This document shows, piece by piece, positions 12,552 through 26,040 of a DNA stretch of 64,000 nt. Both the position numbers and the translations under genes were made by a program. Under the pieces are notes generated by a model. It had not been told where the DNA came from, ran no database searches, and saw nothing but the letters and a program-made list of their open reading frames with translations. Every line of letters begins with the position of its first letter. Position 1 is the stretch's first letter. Source of the stretch: Balanoglossus misakiensis (lineage: Eukaryota; Animalia; Hemichordata); assembly GCA_040954595.2 (NCBI GenBank), contig CM082589.2:1-64000 (forward strand), written 5' to 3'.

Positions 12552-15500
12552 ACTTCCGGTCGTAACGGCGCGGTGAATCTGGGCCAAGTTGCCAGCGACT
12601 TCCGGTCGTGACGGTGCGGTGAATCCGGGCCAAGTTGCCAGCGACTTCCGGTCGTAACAGCGCGGTGAATCCGGGCCAAGTTGCCGGCGACTTCCTGTGA
12701 ATCCGGGCCAAGTTGCGGCGACTTCCGGTCGTAATGGCGCGGTGAATCTGGGCCAAGTTGCCGGCGACTTCCTGTGAATCCGGGCCAAGTTGGGGTGAGT
12801 TCCGGTGGTAACGGCGCGGTGAATCCAGGCCAAGTTCCCGGAGACTTCCGTTCGTAATGGCGTGGAGAATCCGGGCCAAGTTGCCGGCGACTTCCGGTCG
12901 TAACGACGCGGTGAATCCGGGCCAAGTTGCGGCGACTTCCGGTCGTAACGGCGCGGTGAATCTGGGCCATGTTGCCGGCGACTTCCTGTGGTAATGGCGC
13001 GGTGAATCTGGGCCAAGTTGATGGCGACTTCCTGTGAATCCGGGCCAAGTTGCGGCGACTTCCGGTCGTAACAGCGCGGTGAATTCGGGCCAAGTTGCCG
13101 GCGACTTCCGGTCGTAACGGCGCGGTGAATCAGGGCCAAGTTGCGGCGACTTCCGGTCGTAACGGCGCGGTGAATCCAGGCCAAGTTGCCGGCGAGTTCC
13201 TGTCGTAATGGCGCGGTGAATCTGGGCAAAGTTGCCGGCGACTTCCGGTTGTAACGGCGCGGTGAATCTGGTCCAAGTTGCCGTTGATTTCCTGTGGTAA
13301 CGGCGTGGTGAATCTGGGCCAAGTTGATGGCGACTTCCTGTGAATCCGGGCCAAGTTGCCGGCGACTTCCGGTGGTAATGGCGCGGTGAAACTGAGCCAA
13401 GTTGCCGGCGACTTCCTGTCGTAACGGCGCGGTGAATCTGGGCAAAGTTGCCGGCGACTTCCGGTCGAAACGGCGCGGTGAATCCGGGCCAAGTTGATGG
13501 CGACTTCCTGTGAATCCGGGCCAAGTTGCCGGCGACTTCCTGTCGTAACGGCGCGGTGAATCTGGGCCAAGTTGCGGCGACTTCCGGTCGTAACGGCGCG
13601 GTGAATCTGGGCCAAGTTGCCAGCGACTTCCGGTCGTGACGGTGCGGTGAATCCGGGCCAAGTTGCCGGAGACTTCCTGTGAATCCGGGCCAAGTTGCCA
13701 GCGACTTCCGGTCGTAACAGCGTGGTGAATCCGGGCCAAGTTGCCGGCGACTTCCTGTGAATCCGGGCCAAGTTGCGGCGACTTCCGGTCGTAATGGCGC
13801 GGTGAATCTGGGCCAAGTTGCCGGCGACTTCCTGTGAATCCGGGCCAAGTTGGGGTGAGTTCCGGTGGTAACGGCGCGGTGAATCCAGGCCAAGTTCCCG
13901 GAGACTTCCGGTCGTAATGGCGCGGTGAATCCAGGCCAAGTTGCCGGCGACTTCCTGTCGTAATGGCGCGGTGAATCTGGGCAAAGTTGCCGGCGACTTC
14001 CGGTCGTAACGGCGCGGTGAATCTGGTCCAAGTTGCCGTTGATTTCCTGTGGTAACGGCGCGGTGAATCTGGGCCAAGTTGATGGCGACTTCCTGTGAAT
14101 CCGGGCCAAGTTGCCGGCGACTTCCGGTGGTAATGGCGCGGTGAAACTGAGCCAAGTTGCCGGCGACTTCCTGTCGTAACGGCGCGGTGAATCTGGGCAA
14201 AGTTGCCGGCGACTTCCGGTCGTAACGGCGCGGTGAATCCGGGCCAAGTTGATGGCGACTTCCTGTGAATCCGGGCCAAGTTGCCGGCGACTTCCTGTCG
14301 TAACGGCGCGGTGAATCTGGGCCAAGTTGCCGTTGATTTCTTGTGGTAACGGCGCGGTGAATCTGGGCCAAGTTGATGGCGACTTCCTGTGAATCCGGGC
14401 CAAGTTGCCGGCGACTTCCGGTGGTAATGGCGCGGTGAAACTGAGCCAAGTTGCCGGCGACTTCCTGTCGTAACGGCGCGGTGAATCTGGGCAAAGTTGC
14501 CGGCGACTTCCGGTCGTAACGGCGCGGTGAATCCGGGCCAAGTTTATGGCGACTTCCTGTGAATCCGGGCCAAGTTGCCGGCGACTTCCTGTCGTAACGG
14601 CGCGGTGAATCTGGGCAAAGTTGCCGGCGACTTCCGGTCGTAACGGCGCGGTGAATCCGGGCCAAGTTGCCGGAGACTTCCTGTGAATCCGGGCCAAGTT
14701 GCCAGCGACTTCCGGTGGTAACGGCGCGGTGAATCTGGGCCAAGTTGCCGTTGATTTCCTGTGGTAACGGCGCGGTGAATCTGGGCCAAGTTGATGGCGA
14801 CTTCCTGTGAATCCGGGCCAAGTTGCCGGCGACTTCCGGTGGTAACGGCACGGTGAATCTGGGCCAAGTTGCCGTTGATTTCCTGTGGTAACGGCGCGGT
14901 GAATCTGGGCCAAGTTGATGGCGACTTCCTGTGAATCCGGGCCAAGTTGCCGGCGACTTCCGGTGGTAATGGCGCGGTGAAACTGAGCCAAGTTGCCGGC
15001 GACTTCCTGTCGTAACGGCGCGGTGAATCTGGGCAAAGTTGCCGGCGACTTCCGGTCGTAACGGCGCGGTGAATCCGGGCCAAGTTGATGGCGACTTCCT
15101 GTGAATCCGGGCCAAGTTGCCGGCGACTTCCTGTCGTAACGGCGCGGTGAATCTGGGCAAAGTTGCCGGCGACTTCCGGTCGTAACGGCGCGGTGAATCT
15201 GGTCCAAGTTGCCGTTGATTTCCTGTGGTAACGGCGCGGTGAATCTGGGCCAAGTTGATGGCGACTTCCGGTGGTAATGGCGCGGTGAAACTGAGCCAAG
15301 TTGCCGGCGACTTCCGGTCGTAACGGCGCGGTGAATCCGGGCCAAGTTGATGGCGACTTCCTGTGAATCCGGGCCAAGTTGCCGGCGACTTCCTGTCGTA
15401 ACGGCGCGGTGAATCTGGGCAAAGTTGCCGGCGACTTCCGGTCGTAACGGCGCGGTGAATCTGGGCCAAGTTGCCGTTGATTTCCTGTGGTAATGGCGCG

Positions 15501-18500
15501 GTGAATCTGGGCCAAGTTGATGGCGACTTCCTGTGAATCCGGGCCAAGTTGCCGGCGACTTCCTGTCGTAACGGCGCGGTGAAACTGAGCCAAGTTGCCG
15601 GCGACTTCCTGTCGTAACGGCGCGGTGAATCTGGGCAAAGTTGCCGGCGACTTCCGGTCGTAACGGCGCGGTGAATCCGGGCCAAGTTGATGGCGACTTC
15701 CTGTGAATCCGGGCCAAGTTGCCGGCGACTTCCTGTCGTAACGGCGCGGTGAATCTGGGCAAAGTTGCCGGCGACTTCCGGTCGTAACGGCGCGGTGAAT
15801 CTGGGCCAAGTTGCCGTTGATTTCCTGTGGTAACGGCGCGGTGAATCTGGGCCAAGTTGATGGCGACTTCCTGTGAATCCGGGCCAAGTTGCCGGCGACT
15901 TCCGGTGGTAATGGCGCGGTGAAACTGAGCCAAGTTGCCGGCGACTTCCTGTCGTAACGGCGCGGTGAATCTGGGCAAAGTTGCCGGCGACTTCCGGTCG
16001 TAACGGCGCGGTGAATCCGGGCCAAGTTGATGGCGACTTCCTGTGAATCCGGGCCAAGTTGCCGGCGACTTCCTGTCGTAACGGCGCGTTGAATCCGGGC
16101 CAAGTTGCCGGAGACTTCCTGTGAATCCGGGCCAAGTTGCCAGCGACTTCCGGTGGTAACGGCGCGGTGAAACTGGGCCAAGTTGCCGGCGACTTCCTGT
16201 CGTAACGGCGCAGTGAATCTGGGCAAAGTTGCCGGCGACTTCCGGTCGTAACGGCGCGGTGAATCCGGGCCAAGTTGCTGGCGACTTCCGGTGGTAACGG
16301 CGCGGTGAATCTGGGCCAAGTTGCCGTTGATTTCCTGTGGTAACGGCGCGGTGAATATGGGCCAAGTTGATGGCGACTTCCTGTGAATCCGGGCCAAGTT
16401 GCCGGCGACTTTCGGTGGTAATTGCGCGGTGAAACTGAGCCAAGTTGCCGGCGACTTCCTGTCGTAACGGCGCGGTGAATCTGGGCAAAGTTGCCGTTGA
16501 TTTCCTGTGGTAACGGCGCGGTGAATCTGGGCCAAGTTGATGGCGACTTCCTGTGAATCCGGGCCAAGTTGCCGGCGACTTCCGGTGGTAATGGCGCGGT
16601 GAAACTGAGCCAAGTTGCCGGCGACTTCCTGTGGTAACGGCGCGGTGAATCTGGGCAAAGTTGCCGGCGACTTCCGGTCGTAACGGCGCGGTGAATCCGG
16701 GCCAAGTTGATGGCGACTTCCTGTGAATCCGGGCCAAGTTGCCGGCGACTTCCTGTCGTAACGGCGCGGTGAATCTGGGCAAAGTTGCCGGCGACTTCCG
16801 GTGGTAACGGCGCGGTGAATCTGGGCCAAGTTGCCGTTGATTTCCTGTGGTAACGGCGCGGTGAATCTGGGCCAAGTTGATGGCGACTTCCTGTGAATCC
16901 GGGCCAAGTTGCCGGCGACTTCCGGTGGTAATGGCGCGGTGAAACTGAGCCAAGTTGCCGGCGACTTCCTGTCGTAACGGCGCGGTGAATCTGGGCAAAG
17001 TTGTCGGCGACTTCCGGTCGTAACGGCGCGGTGAATCCGGGCCAAGTTGATGGCGACTTCCTGTGAATCCGGGCCAAGTTGCCGGCGACTTCCTGTCGTA
17101 ACGGCGCGGTGAATCTGGGCAAAGTTGCCGGCGACTTCCGGTCGTAACGGCGCGGTGAATCCGGGCCAAGTTGATGGCGACTTCCTGTGAATCCGGGCGT
17201 AGTTGCCGGCGACTTCCTGTCGTAACGGCGCGGTGAATCTGGGCAAAGTTGCCGGCGACTTCCAGTCGTAACGGCGCGGTGAATCTGGTCCAAGTTGCCG
17301 TTGATTTCCTGTGGTAACGGCGCGGTGAATCTGGGCCAAGTTGATGGCGACTTCCTGTGAATCCGGGCCAAGTTGCCGGCGACTTCCGGTGGTAATGGCG
17401 CGGTGAAACTGAGCCAAGTTGCCGGCGACTTCCTGTCGTAACGGCGCGGTGAATCTGGGCAAAGTTGACGGCGACTTCCGGTCGTAACGGCGCGGTGAAT
17501 CCGGGCCAAGTTGATGGCGACTTCCTGTGAATCCGGGCCAAGTTGCCGGCGACTTCCGGTCGTAACGGCGCGGTGAATCCGGGCCAAGTTGCCGGAGACT
17601 TCCTGTGAATCCGGGCCAAGTTGCCAGCGACTTCCGGTGGTAACGGCGCGGTGAAACTGAGCCAAGTTGCCGGCGACTTCCTGTCGTAACGGCGCGGTGA
17701 ATCTGGGCAAAGTTGCCGGCGACTTCCGGTCGTAACAGCGCGGTGAATCCGGGCCAAGTTGATGGCGACTTCCTGTGAATCCGGACCATGTTGCCGGCGA
17801 CTTCCTGTCGTAACGGCGCGGTGAATCTGGGCAAAGTTGCCGGCGACTTCCGGTCGTAACGGCGCGGTGAATCTGGGCCAAGTTGCCGTTGATTTCCTGT
17901 GGTAACGGCGCGGTGAATCTGGGCCAAGTTGATGGCGACTTCCTGTGAATCCGGGCCAAGTTGCCGGCGACTTCCGGTGGTAATGGCGCGGTGAAACTGA
18001 GCCAAGTTGCCGGCGACTTCCTGTCGTAACGGCGCGGTGAATCTGGGCAAAGTTGCCGGCGACTTCCGGTCGTAACGGCGCGGTGAATCCGGGCCAAGTT
18101 GATGGCGACTTCCTGTGAATCCGGGCCAAGTTGCCGGCGACTTCCTGTCGTAACGGCGCGTTGAATCCGGGCCAAGTTGCCGGAGACTTCCTGTGGTAAC
18201 GGCGCGGTGAATCTGGGCCAAGTTGATGGCGACTTCCGGTGGTAATGGCGCGGTGAAACTGAGCCAAGTTGCCGGCGACTTCCTGTCGTAACGGCGCGGT
18301 AAATCTGGGCAAAGTTGCCGGCGACTTCCGGTCGTAACGGCGCGGTGAATCCGGGCCAAGTTGATGGCGACTTCCTGTGAATCCGGGCCAAGTTGCCGGC
18401 GACTTCCTGTCGTAACGGCGCGGTGAATCTGGGCAAAGTTGCCGGCGACTTCCGGTCGTAACGGCGCGGTGAATCTGGGCCAAGTTGCCGTTGATTTCCT

Positions 18501-21500
18501 GTGGTAACGGCGCGGTGAATCTGGGCCAAGTTGATGGCGACTTCCTGTGAATCCGGGCCAAGTTGCCGGCGACTTCCTGTCGTAACGGCGCGGTGAAACT
18601 GAGCCAAGTTGCCGGCGACTTCCTGTCGTAACGGCGCGGTGAATCTGGGCAAAGTTGCCGGCGACTTCCGGTCGTAACGGCGCGGTGAATCCGGGCCAAG
18701 TTGATGGCGACTTCCTGTGAATCCGGGCCAAGTTGCCGGCGACTTCCTGTCGTAACGGCGCGGTGAATCTGGGCAAAGTTGCCGGCGACTTCCGGTCGTA
18801 ACGGCGCGGTGAATCTGGGCCAAGTTGCCGTTGATTTCCTGTGGTAACGGCGCGGTGAATCTGGGCCAAGTTGATGGCGACTTCCTGTGAATCCGGGCCA
18901 AGTTGCCGGCGACTTCCGGTGGTAATGGCGCGGTGAAACTGAGCCAAGTTGCCGGCGACTTCCTGTCGTAACGGCGCGGTGAATCTGGGCAAAGTTGCCG
19001 GCGACTTCCGGTCGTAACGGCGCGGTGAATCCGGGCCAAGTTGATGGCGACTTCCTGTGAATCCGGGCCAAGTTGCCGGCGACTTCCTGTCGTAACGGCG
19101 CGTTGAATCCGGGCCAAGTTGCCGGAGACTTCCTGTGAATCCGGGCCAAGTTGCCAGCGACTTCCGGTGGTAACGGCGCGGTGAAACTGGGCCAAGTTGC
19201 CGGCGACTTCCTGTCGTAACGGCGCAGTGAATCTGGGCAAAGTTGCCGGCGACTTCCGGTCGTAACGGCGCGGTGAATCCGGGCCAAGTTGCCGGCGACT
19301 TCCGGTGGTAACGGCGCGGTGAATCTGGGCCAAGTTGCCGTTGATTTCCTGTGGTAACGGCGCGGTGAATATGGGCCAAGTTGATGGCGACTTCCTGTGA
19401 ATCCGGGCCAAGTTGCCGGCGACTTTCGGTGGTAATTGCGCGGTGAAACTGAGCCAAGTTGCCGGCGACTTCCTGTCGTAACGGCGCGGTGAATCTGGGC
19501 AAAGTTGCCGTTGATTTCCTGTGGTAACGGCGCGGTGAATCTGGGCCAAGTTGATGGCGACTTCCTGTGAATCCGGGCCAAGTTGCCGGCGACTTCCGGT
19601 GGTAATGGCGCGGTGAAACTGAGCCAAGTTGCCGGCGACTTCCTGTGGTAACGGCGCGGTGAATCTGGGCAAAGTTGCCGGCGACTTCCGGTCGTAACGG
19701 CGCGGTGAATCCGGGCCAAGTTGATGGCGACTTCCTGTGAATCCGGGCCAAGTTGCCGGCGACTTCCTGTCGTAACGGCGCGGTGAATCTGGGCAAAGTT
19801 GCCGGCGACTTACGGTCGTAACGGCGCGGTGAATCCGGGCCAAGTTGATGGCGACTTCCTGTGAATCCGGGCCAAGTTGCCGGCGACTTCCGGTGGTAAT
19901 GGCGCGGTGAAACTGAGCCAAGTTGCCGGCGACTTCCTGTCGTAACGGCGCGGTGAATCTGGGCAAAGTTGCCGGCGACTTCCGGTCGTAACGGCGCGGT
20001 GAATCCGGGCCAAGTTGATGGCGACTTCCTGTGAATCCGGGACAAGTTGCCGGCGACTTCCTGTCGTAACGGCGCGGTGAATCTGGGCAAAGTTTCCGGC
20101 GACTTCCGGTCGTAACGGCGCGGTGAATCTGGGCCAAGTTGCCGTTGATTTCCTGTGGTAACGGCGCGGTGAATCTGGGCCAAGTTGATGGCGACTTCCT
20201 GTGAATCCGGGCCAAGTTGCCGGCGACTTCCGGTGGTAATGGCGCGGTGAAACTGAGCCAAGTTGCCGGCGACTTCCTGTCGTAACGGCGCGGTGAATCT
20301 GGGCAAAGTTGTCGGCGACTTCCGGTCGTAACGGCGCGGTGAATCCGGGCCAAGTTGATGGCGACTTCCTGTGAATCCGGGCCAAGTTGCCGGCGACTTC
20401 CTGTCGTAACGGCGCGGTGAATCTGGGCAAAGTTGCCGGCGACTTCCGGTCGTAACGGCGCGGTGAATCCGGGCCAAGTTGATGGCGACTTCCTGTGAAT
20501 CCGGGCCAAGTTGCCGGCGACTTCCTGTCGTAACGGCGCGGTGAATCTGGGAAAAGTTGCCGGTGACTTCCGGTCGTAACGGCGCGGTGAATCTGGTCCA
20601 AGTTGCCGTTGATTTCCTGTGGTAACGGCGCGGTGAATCCGGGCCAAGTTGATGGCGACTTCCTGTGAATCCAGGCCAAGTTGCCGGCGACTTCCGGTCG
20701 TAACGGCGCGGTGAATCCGGGCCAAGTTGCCGGAGACTTCCTGTGAATCCGGGCCAAGTTGCCAGCGACTTCCGGTGGTAACGGCGCGGTGAAACTGGGC
20801 CAAGTTGCCGGCGACTTCCTGTCGTAACGGCGCGGCGAATCTGGGCAAAGTTGCCGGCGACTTCCGGTGGTAATGGCGCGGTGAAACTGAGCCAAGTAGC
20901 CGGCGACTTCCTGTCGTAACGGCGCGGTGAATCTGGGCAAAGTTGCCGGCGACTTCCGGTCGTAACAGCGCGGTGAATCCGGGCCAAGTTGATGGCGACT
21001 TCCTGTGAATCCGGGCCAAGTTGCCGGCGACTTCCTGTCGTAACGGCGCGGTGAATCTGGGCAAAGTTGCCGTTGATTTCCTGTGGTAACGGCGCGGTGA
21101 ATCTGGGCCAAGTTGATGGCGACTTCCTGTGAATCCGGGCCAAGTTGCCGGCGACTTCCGGTGGTAATGGCGCGGTGAAACTGAGCCAAGTTGCCGGCGA
21201 CTTCCTGTGGTAACGGCGCGGTGAATCTGGGCAAAGTTGCCGGCGACTTCCGGTCGTAACGGCGCGGTGAATCCGGGCCAAGTTGATGGCGACTTCCTGT
21301 GAATCCGGGCCAAGTTGCCGGCGACTTCCTGTCGTAACGGCGCGGTGAATCTGGGCAAAGTTGCCGGCGACTTACGGTCGTAACGGCGCGGTGAATCCGG
21401 GCCAAGTTGATGGCGACTTCCTGTGAATCCGGGCCAAGTTGCCGGCGACTTCCGGTGGTAATGGCGCGGTGAAACTGAGCCAAGTTGCCGGCGACTTCCT

Positions 21501-24500
21501 GTCGTAACGGCGCGGTGAATCTGGGCAAAGTTGCCGGCGACTTCCGGTCGTAACGGCGCGGTGAATCCGGGCCAAGTTGATGGCGACTTCCTGTGAATCC
21601 GGGACAAGTTGCCGGCGACTTCCTGTCGTAACGGCGCGGTGAATCTGGGCAAAGTTTCCGGCGACTTCCGGTCGTAACGGCGCGGTGAATCTGGGCCAAG
21701 TTGCCGTTGATTTCCTGTGGTAACGGCGCGGTGAATCTGGGCCAAGTTGATGGCGACTTCCTGTGAATCCGGGCCAAGTTGCCGGCGACTTCCGGTGGTA
21801 ATGGCGCGGTGAAACTGAGCCAAGTTGCCGGCGACTTCCTGTCGTAACGGCGCGGTGAATCTGGGCAAAGTTGTCGGCGACTTCCGGTCGTAACGGCGCG
21901 GTGAATCCGGGCCAAGTTGATGGCGACTTCCTGTGAATCCGGGCCAAGTTGCCGGCGACTTCCTGTCGTAACGGCGCGGTGAATCTGGTCCAAGTTGCCG
22001 TTGATTTCCTGTGGTAACGGCGCGGTGAATCCGGGCCAAGTTGATGGCGACTTCCTGTGAATCCAGGCCAAGTTGCCGGCGACTTCCGGTCGTAACGGCG
22101 CGGTGAATCCGGGCCAAGTTGCCGGAGACTTCCTGTGAATCCGGGCCAAGTTGCCAGCGACTTCCGGTGGTAACGGCGCGGTGAAACTGGGCCAAGTTGC
22201 CGGCGACTTCCTGTCGTAACGGCGCGGCGAATCTGGGCAAAGTTGCCGGCGACTTCCGGTGGTAATGGCGCGGTGAAACTGAGCCAAGTAGCCGGCGACT
22301 TCCTGTCGTAACGGCGCGGTGAATCTGGGCAAAGTTGCCGGCGACTTCCGGTCGTAACAGCGCGGTGAATCCGGGCCAAGTTGATGGCGACTTCCTGTGA
22401 ATCCGGGCCAAGTTGCCGGCGACTTCCTGTCGTAACGGCGCGGTGAATCTGGGCAAAGTTGCCGGCGACTTCCGGTCGTAACGGCGCGGTGAATCCGGGC
22501 CAAGTTGATGGCGACTTCCTGTGAATCCGGGCCAAGTTGCCGGCGACTTCCTGTCGTAACGGCGCGGTGAATCTGGGCAAAGTTGCCGGCGACTTCCGGT
22601 CGTAACGGCGCGGTGAATCTGGTCCAAGTTGCCGTTGATTTCCTGTGGTAACGGCGCGGTGAATCTGGGCCAAGTTGATGGCGACTTCCTGTGAATCCAG
22701 GCCAAGTTGCCGGCGACTTCCGGTCGTAACGGCGCGGTGAATCCGGGCCAAGTTGCCGGAGACTTCCTGTGAATCCGGGCCAAGTTGCCAGCGACTTCCG
22801 GTGGTAACGGCGCGGTGAAACTGGGCCAAGTTGCCGGCGACTTCCTGTCGTAACGGCGCGGCGAATCTGGGCAAAGTTGCCGGCGACTTCCGGTGGTAAT
22901 GGCGCGGTGAAACTGAGCCAAGTTGCCGGCGACTTCCTGTCGTAACGGCGCGGTGAATCTGGGCAAAGTTGCCGGCGACTTCCGGTCGTAACGGCGCGGT
23001 GAATCCGGGCCAAGTTGATGGCGACTTCCTGTGAATCCGGGCCAAGTTGCCGGCGACTTCCTGTCGTAACGGCGCGTTGAATCCGGGCCAAGTTGCCGGA
23101 GACTTCCTGTGAATCCGGGCCAAGTTGCCAGCGACTTCCGGTGGTAACGGCGCGGTGAAACTGGGCCAAGTTGCCGGCGACTTCCTGTCGTAACGGCGCA
23201 GTGAATCTGGGCAAAGTTGCCGGCGACTTCCGGTCGTAACGGCGCGGTGAATCCGGGCCAAGTTGCCGGCGACTTCCGGTGGTAACGGCGCGGTGAATCT
23301 GGGCCAAGTTGCCGTTGATTTCCTGTGGTAACGGCGCGGTGAATATGGGCCAAGTTGATGGCGACTTCCTGTGAATCCGGGCCAAGTTGCCGGCGACTTT
23401 CGGTGGTAATGGCGCGGTGAAACTGAGCCAAGTTGCCGGCGACTTCCTGTCGTAACGGCGCGGTGAATCTGGGCAAAGTTGCCGTTGATTTCCTGTGGTA
23501 ACGGCGCGGTGAATCTGGGCCAATTTGATGGCGACTTCCTGTGAATCCGGGCCAAGTTGCCGGCGACTTCCGGTGGTAATGGCGCGGTGAAACTGAGCCA
23601 AGTTGCCGGCGACTTCCTGTCGTAACGGCGCGGTGAATCTGGGCAAAGTTGCCGGCGACTTCCGGTCGTAACGGCGCGGTGAATCCGGGCCAAGTTGATG
23701 GCGACTTCCTGTGAATCCGGGCCAAGTTGCCGGCGACTTCCTGTCGTAACGGCGCGGTGAATCTGGGCAAAGTTGCCGGCGACTTCCGGTCGTAACGGCG
23801 CGGTGAATCTGGGCCAAGTTGCCGTTGATTTCCTGTGGTAACGGCGCGGTGAATCTGGGCCAAGTTGATGGCGACTTCCTGTGAATCCGGGCCAAGTTGC
23901 CGGCGACTTCCGGTGGTAATGGCGCGGTGAAACTGAGCCAAGTTGCCGGCGACTTCCTGTCGTAACGGCGCGGTGAATCTGGGCAAAGTTGCCGGCGACT
24001 TCCGGTCGTAACGGCGCGGTGAATCCGGGCCAAGTTGATGGCGACTTCCTGTGAATCCGGGCCAAGTTGCCGGCGACTTCCTGTCGTGACGGCGCGGTGA
24101 ATATGGGCAAAGTTGCCGGCGACTTCCGGTCGTAACGGCGCGGTGAATCCGGGCCAAGTTGCCGGCGACTTCCGGTGGTAACGGCGCGGTGAATCTGGGC
24201 CAAGTTGCCGTTGATTTCCTGTGGTAACGGCGCGGTGAATCTGGGCCAAGTTGATGGCGACTTCCTGTGAATCCGGGCCAAGTTGCCGGCGACTTCCGGT
24301 GGTAATGGCGCGGTGAAACTGAGCCAAGTTGCCGGCGACTTCCTGTCGTAACGGCGCGGTGAAATATGGCAAAGTTGCCGGCGACTTCCGGTCGTAACGG
24401 CGCGGTGAATCCGGGCCAAGTTGCGGCGACTTCCGGTCGTAACGGCGCGGTGAATCTAGGCCAAGTTGCCGGCGACTTCCTGTCGTAACGGCGCGGTGAA

Positions 24501-25826
24501 TCCGGGCCTAGTTGCGGCGACTTCCGGTCGTAACGGCACGGTGAATCCAGGCCAAGTTGCCGGCGACTTTCGGTCGTAACGGCGCGGTGAAACTGGGCCA
24601 AGTTGCCGTTGATTTCCTGTGGTAACGGCGCGGTGAATCTGGGCCAAGTTGATGGCGACTTCCTGTGAATCCGGGCCAAGTTGCCGGCGACTTCCGGTGG
24701 TAATGGCGCGGTGAAACTGAGCCAAGTTGCCGGCGACTTCCTGTCGTAACGGCGCGGTGAATCTGGGCAAAGTTGCCGGCGACTTCCGGTCGTAACGGCG
24801 CGGTGAATCCGGGCCAAGTTGCCGGAGACTTCCTGTGAATCCGGGCCAAGTTGCCAGCGACTTCCGGTGGTAACGGCGCGGTGAAACTGGGCCAAGTTGC
24901 CGGCGACTTCCTGTCGTAACGGCGCGGTGAATCTGGGCAAAGTTGCCGGCGACTTCCGGTCGTAACGGCGCGGTGAATCCGGGCCAAGTTGCCGGCGACT
25001 TCCGGTGGTAATGGCGCGGTGAATCTGGGCCAAGTTGCCGTTGATTTCCTGTGGTAACGGCGCGGTGAATCTGGGCCAAGTTGCCGGCGACTTCCTGTCG
25101 TAACGGCGCGGTGAATCTGGGCCAAGTTGCCGGCGATTTCCTGTGGTAACGGCGCGGTGAATCTTGGCCAAGTTGATGGCGACTTCCTGTGAATCCGGCC
25201 CAAGTTGCCGGCGACTTCCGGTGGTAACGGCGCGGTGAAACTGGGCCAAGTTGCCGGCGACTTCCTGTCGTAACGGCGCGGTGAATCTGGGCAAAGTTGC
25301 CGGTGACTTCCGGTCGTAACGGCGCGGTGAATCCGGGCCAAGTTGCCGGCGACTTCCGGTGGTAATGGCGCGGTGAATCTGGGCCAAGTTGATGGCGACT
25401 TCCTGTGAATCCGGGCCAAGTTGCCGGCGACTTCCGGTGGTAACGGCACGGTGAAACTGGGCCAAGTTGCCGGCGACTTCCTGTCGTAACGGCGCGGTGA
25501 ACCTGGCCAAAGTTGCCGGCGACTTCCGGTCGTAACGGCGCGGTGAATCCGGGCCAAGTTGCCGGCGACTTCCGGTCGTAACGGCGCGGTGAATCCGGGC
25601 CAAGTTGATGGCGACTTCTTGTGAATCCGGGCCAAGTTTCCGGCGACTTCCGGTGGTAACGGCGCGGTGAAACTTGGCCAAGTTGCCGGCGACTTCCTGT
25701 CGTAACGGCGCGGTGAATCTGGGCAAAGTTGCCGGCGACTTCCGGTCGTAACGGCGCGGTGAATCCGGGCCAAGTTGCCGGCGACTTCCGGTGGTAACGG
25801 CGCGGTGAATCTGGGCCAAGTTGATG
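12552..25826. repeat. 46/32-bp GC-rich satellite, main array with higher-order structure
   Basis: GACTTCC recurs at 46-bp (e.g. 25691 to 25737) or 32-bp intervals. Recurrent variant monomers include GAAACTGAGCC, GCCGTTGATTTCC and GATGGCGAC. Confidence 0.97.
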
Positions 25827-26040
25827 GGAGCAGACTGGAAGGGGACTGGAGCAGACTTGAGGGGGACTGGAGCAGACTGGAGGGGGACTGGAGCATGCTG
25901 GAGGGGGACTGGAGCAGACTGGAGGGGGACTGGAGCAGACTGGAGGGGGATTGGAGCAGACTGGAGGGGGACTGGAGCATGCTGGAGGGGGACTGGAGCA
26001 GACTGGAGGGGGACTGGAGCAGACTGGAGGGGGACTGGAG
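25827..26040. repeat. 21-bp minisatellite (~10 copies)
   Basis: Unit GGAGCAGACTGGAGGGGGACT. Confidence 0.95.
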
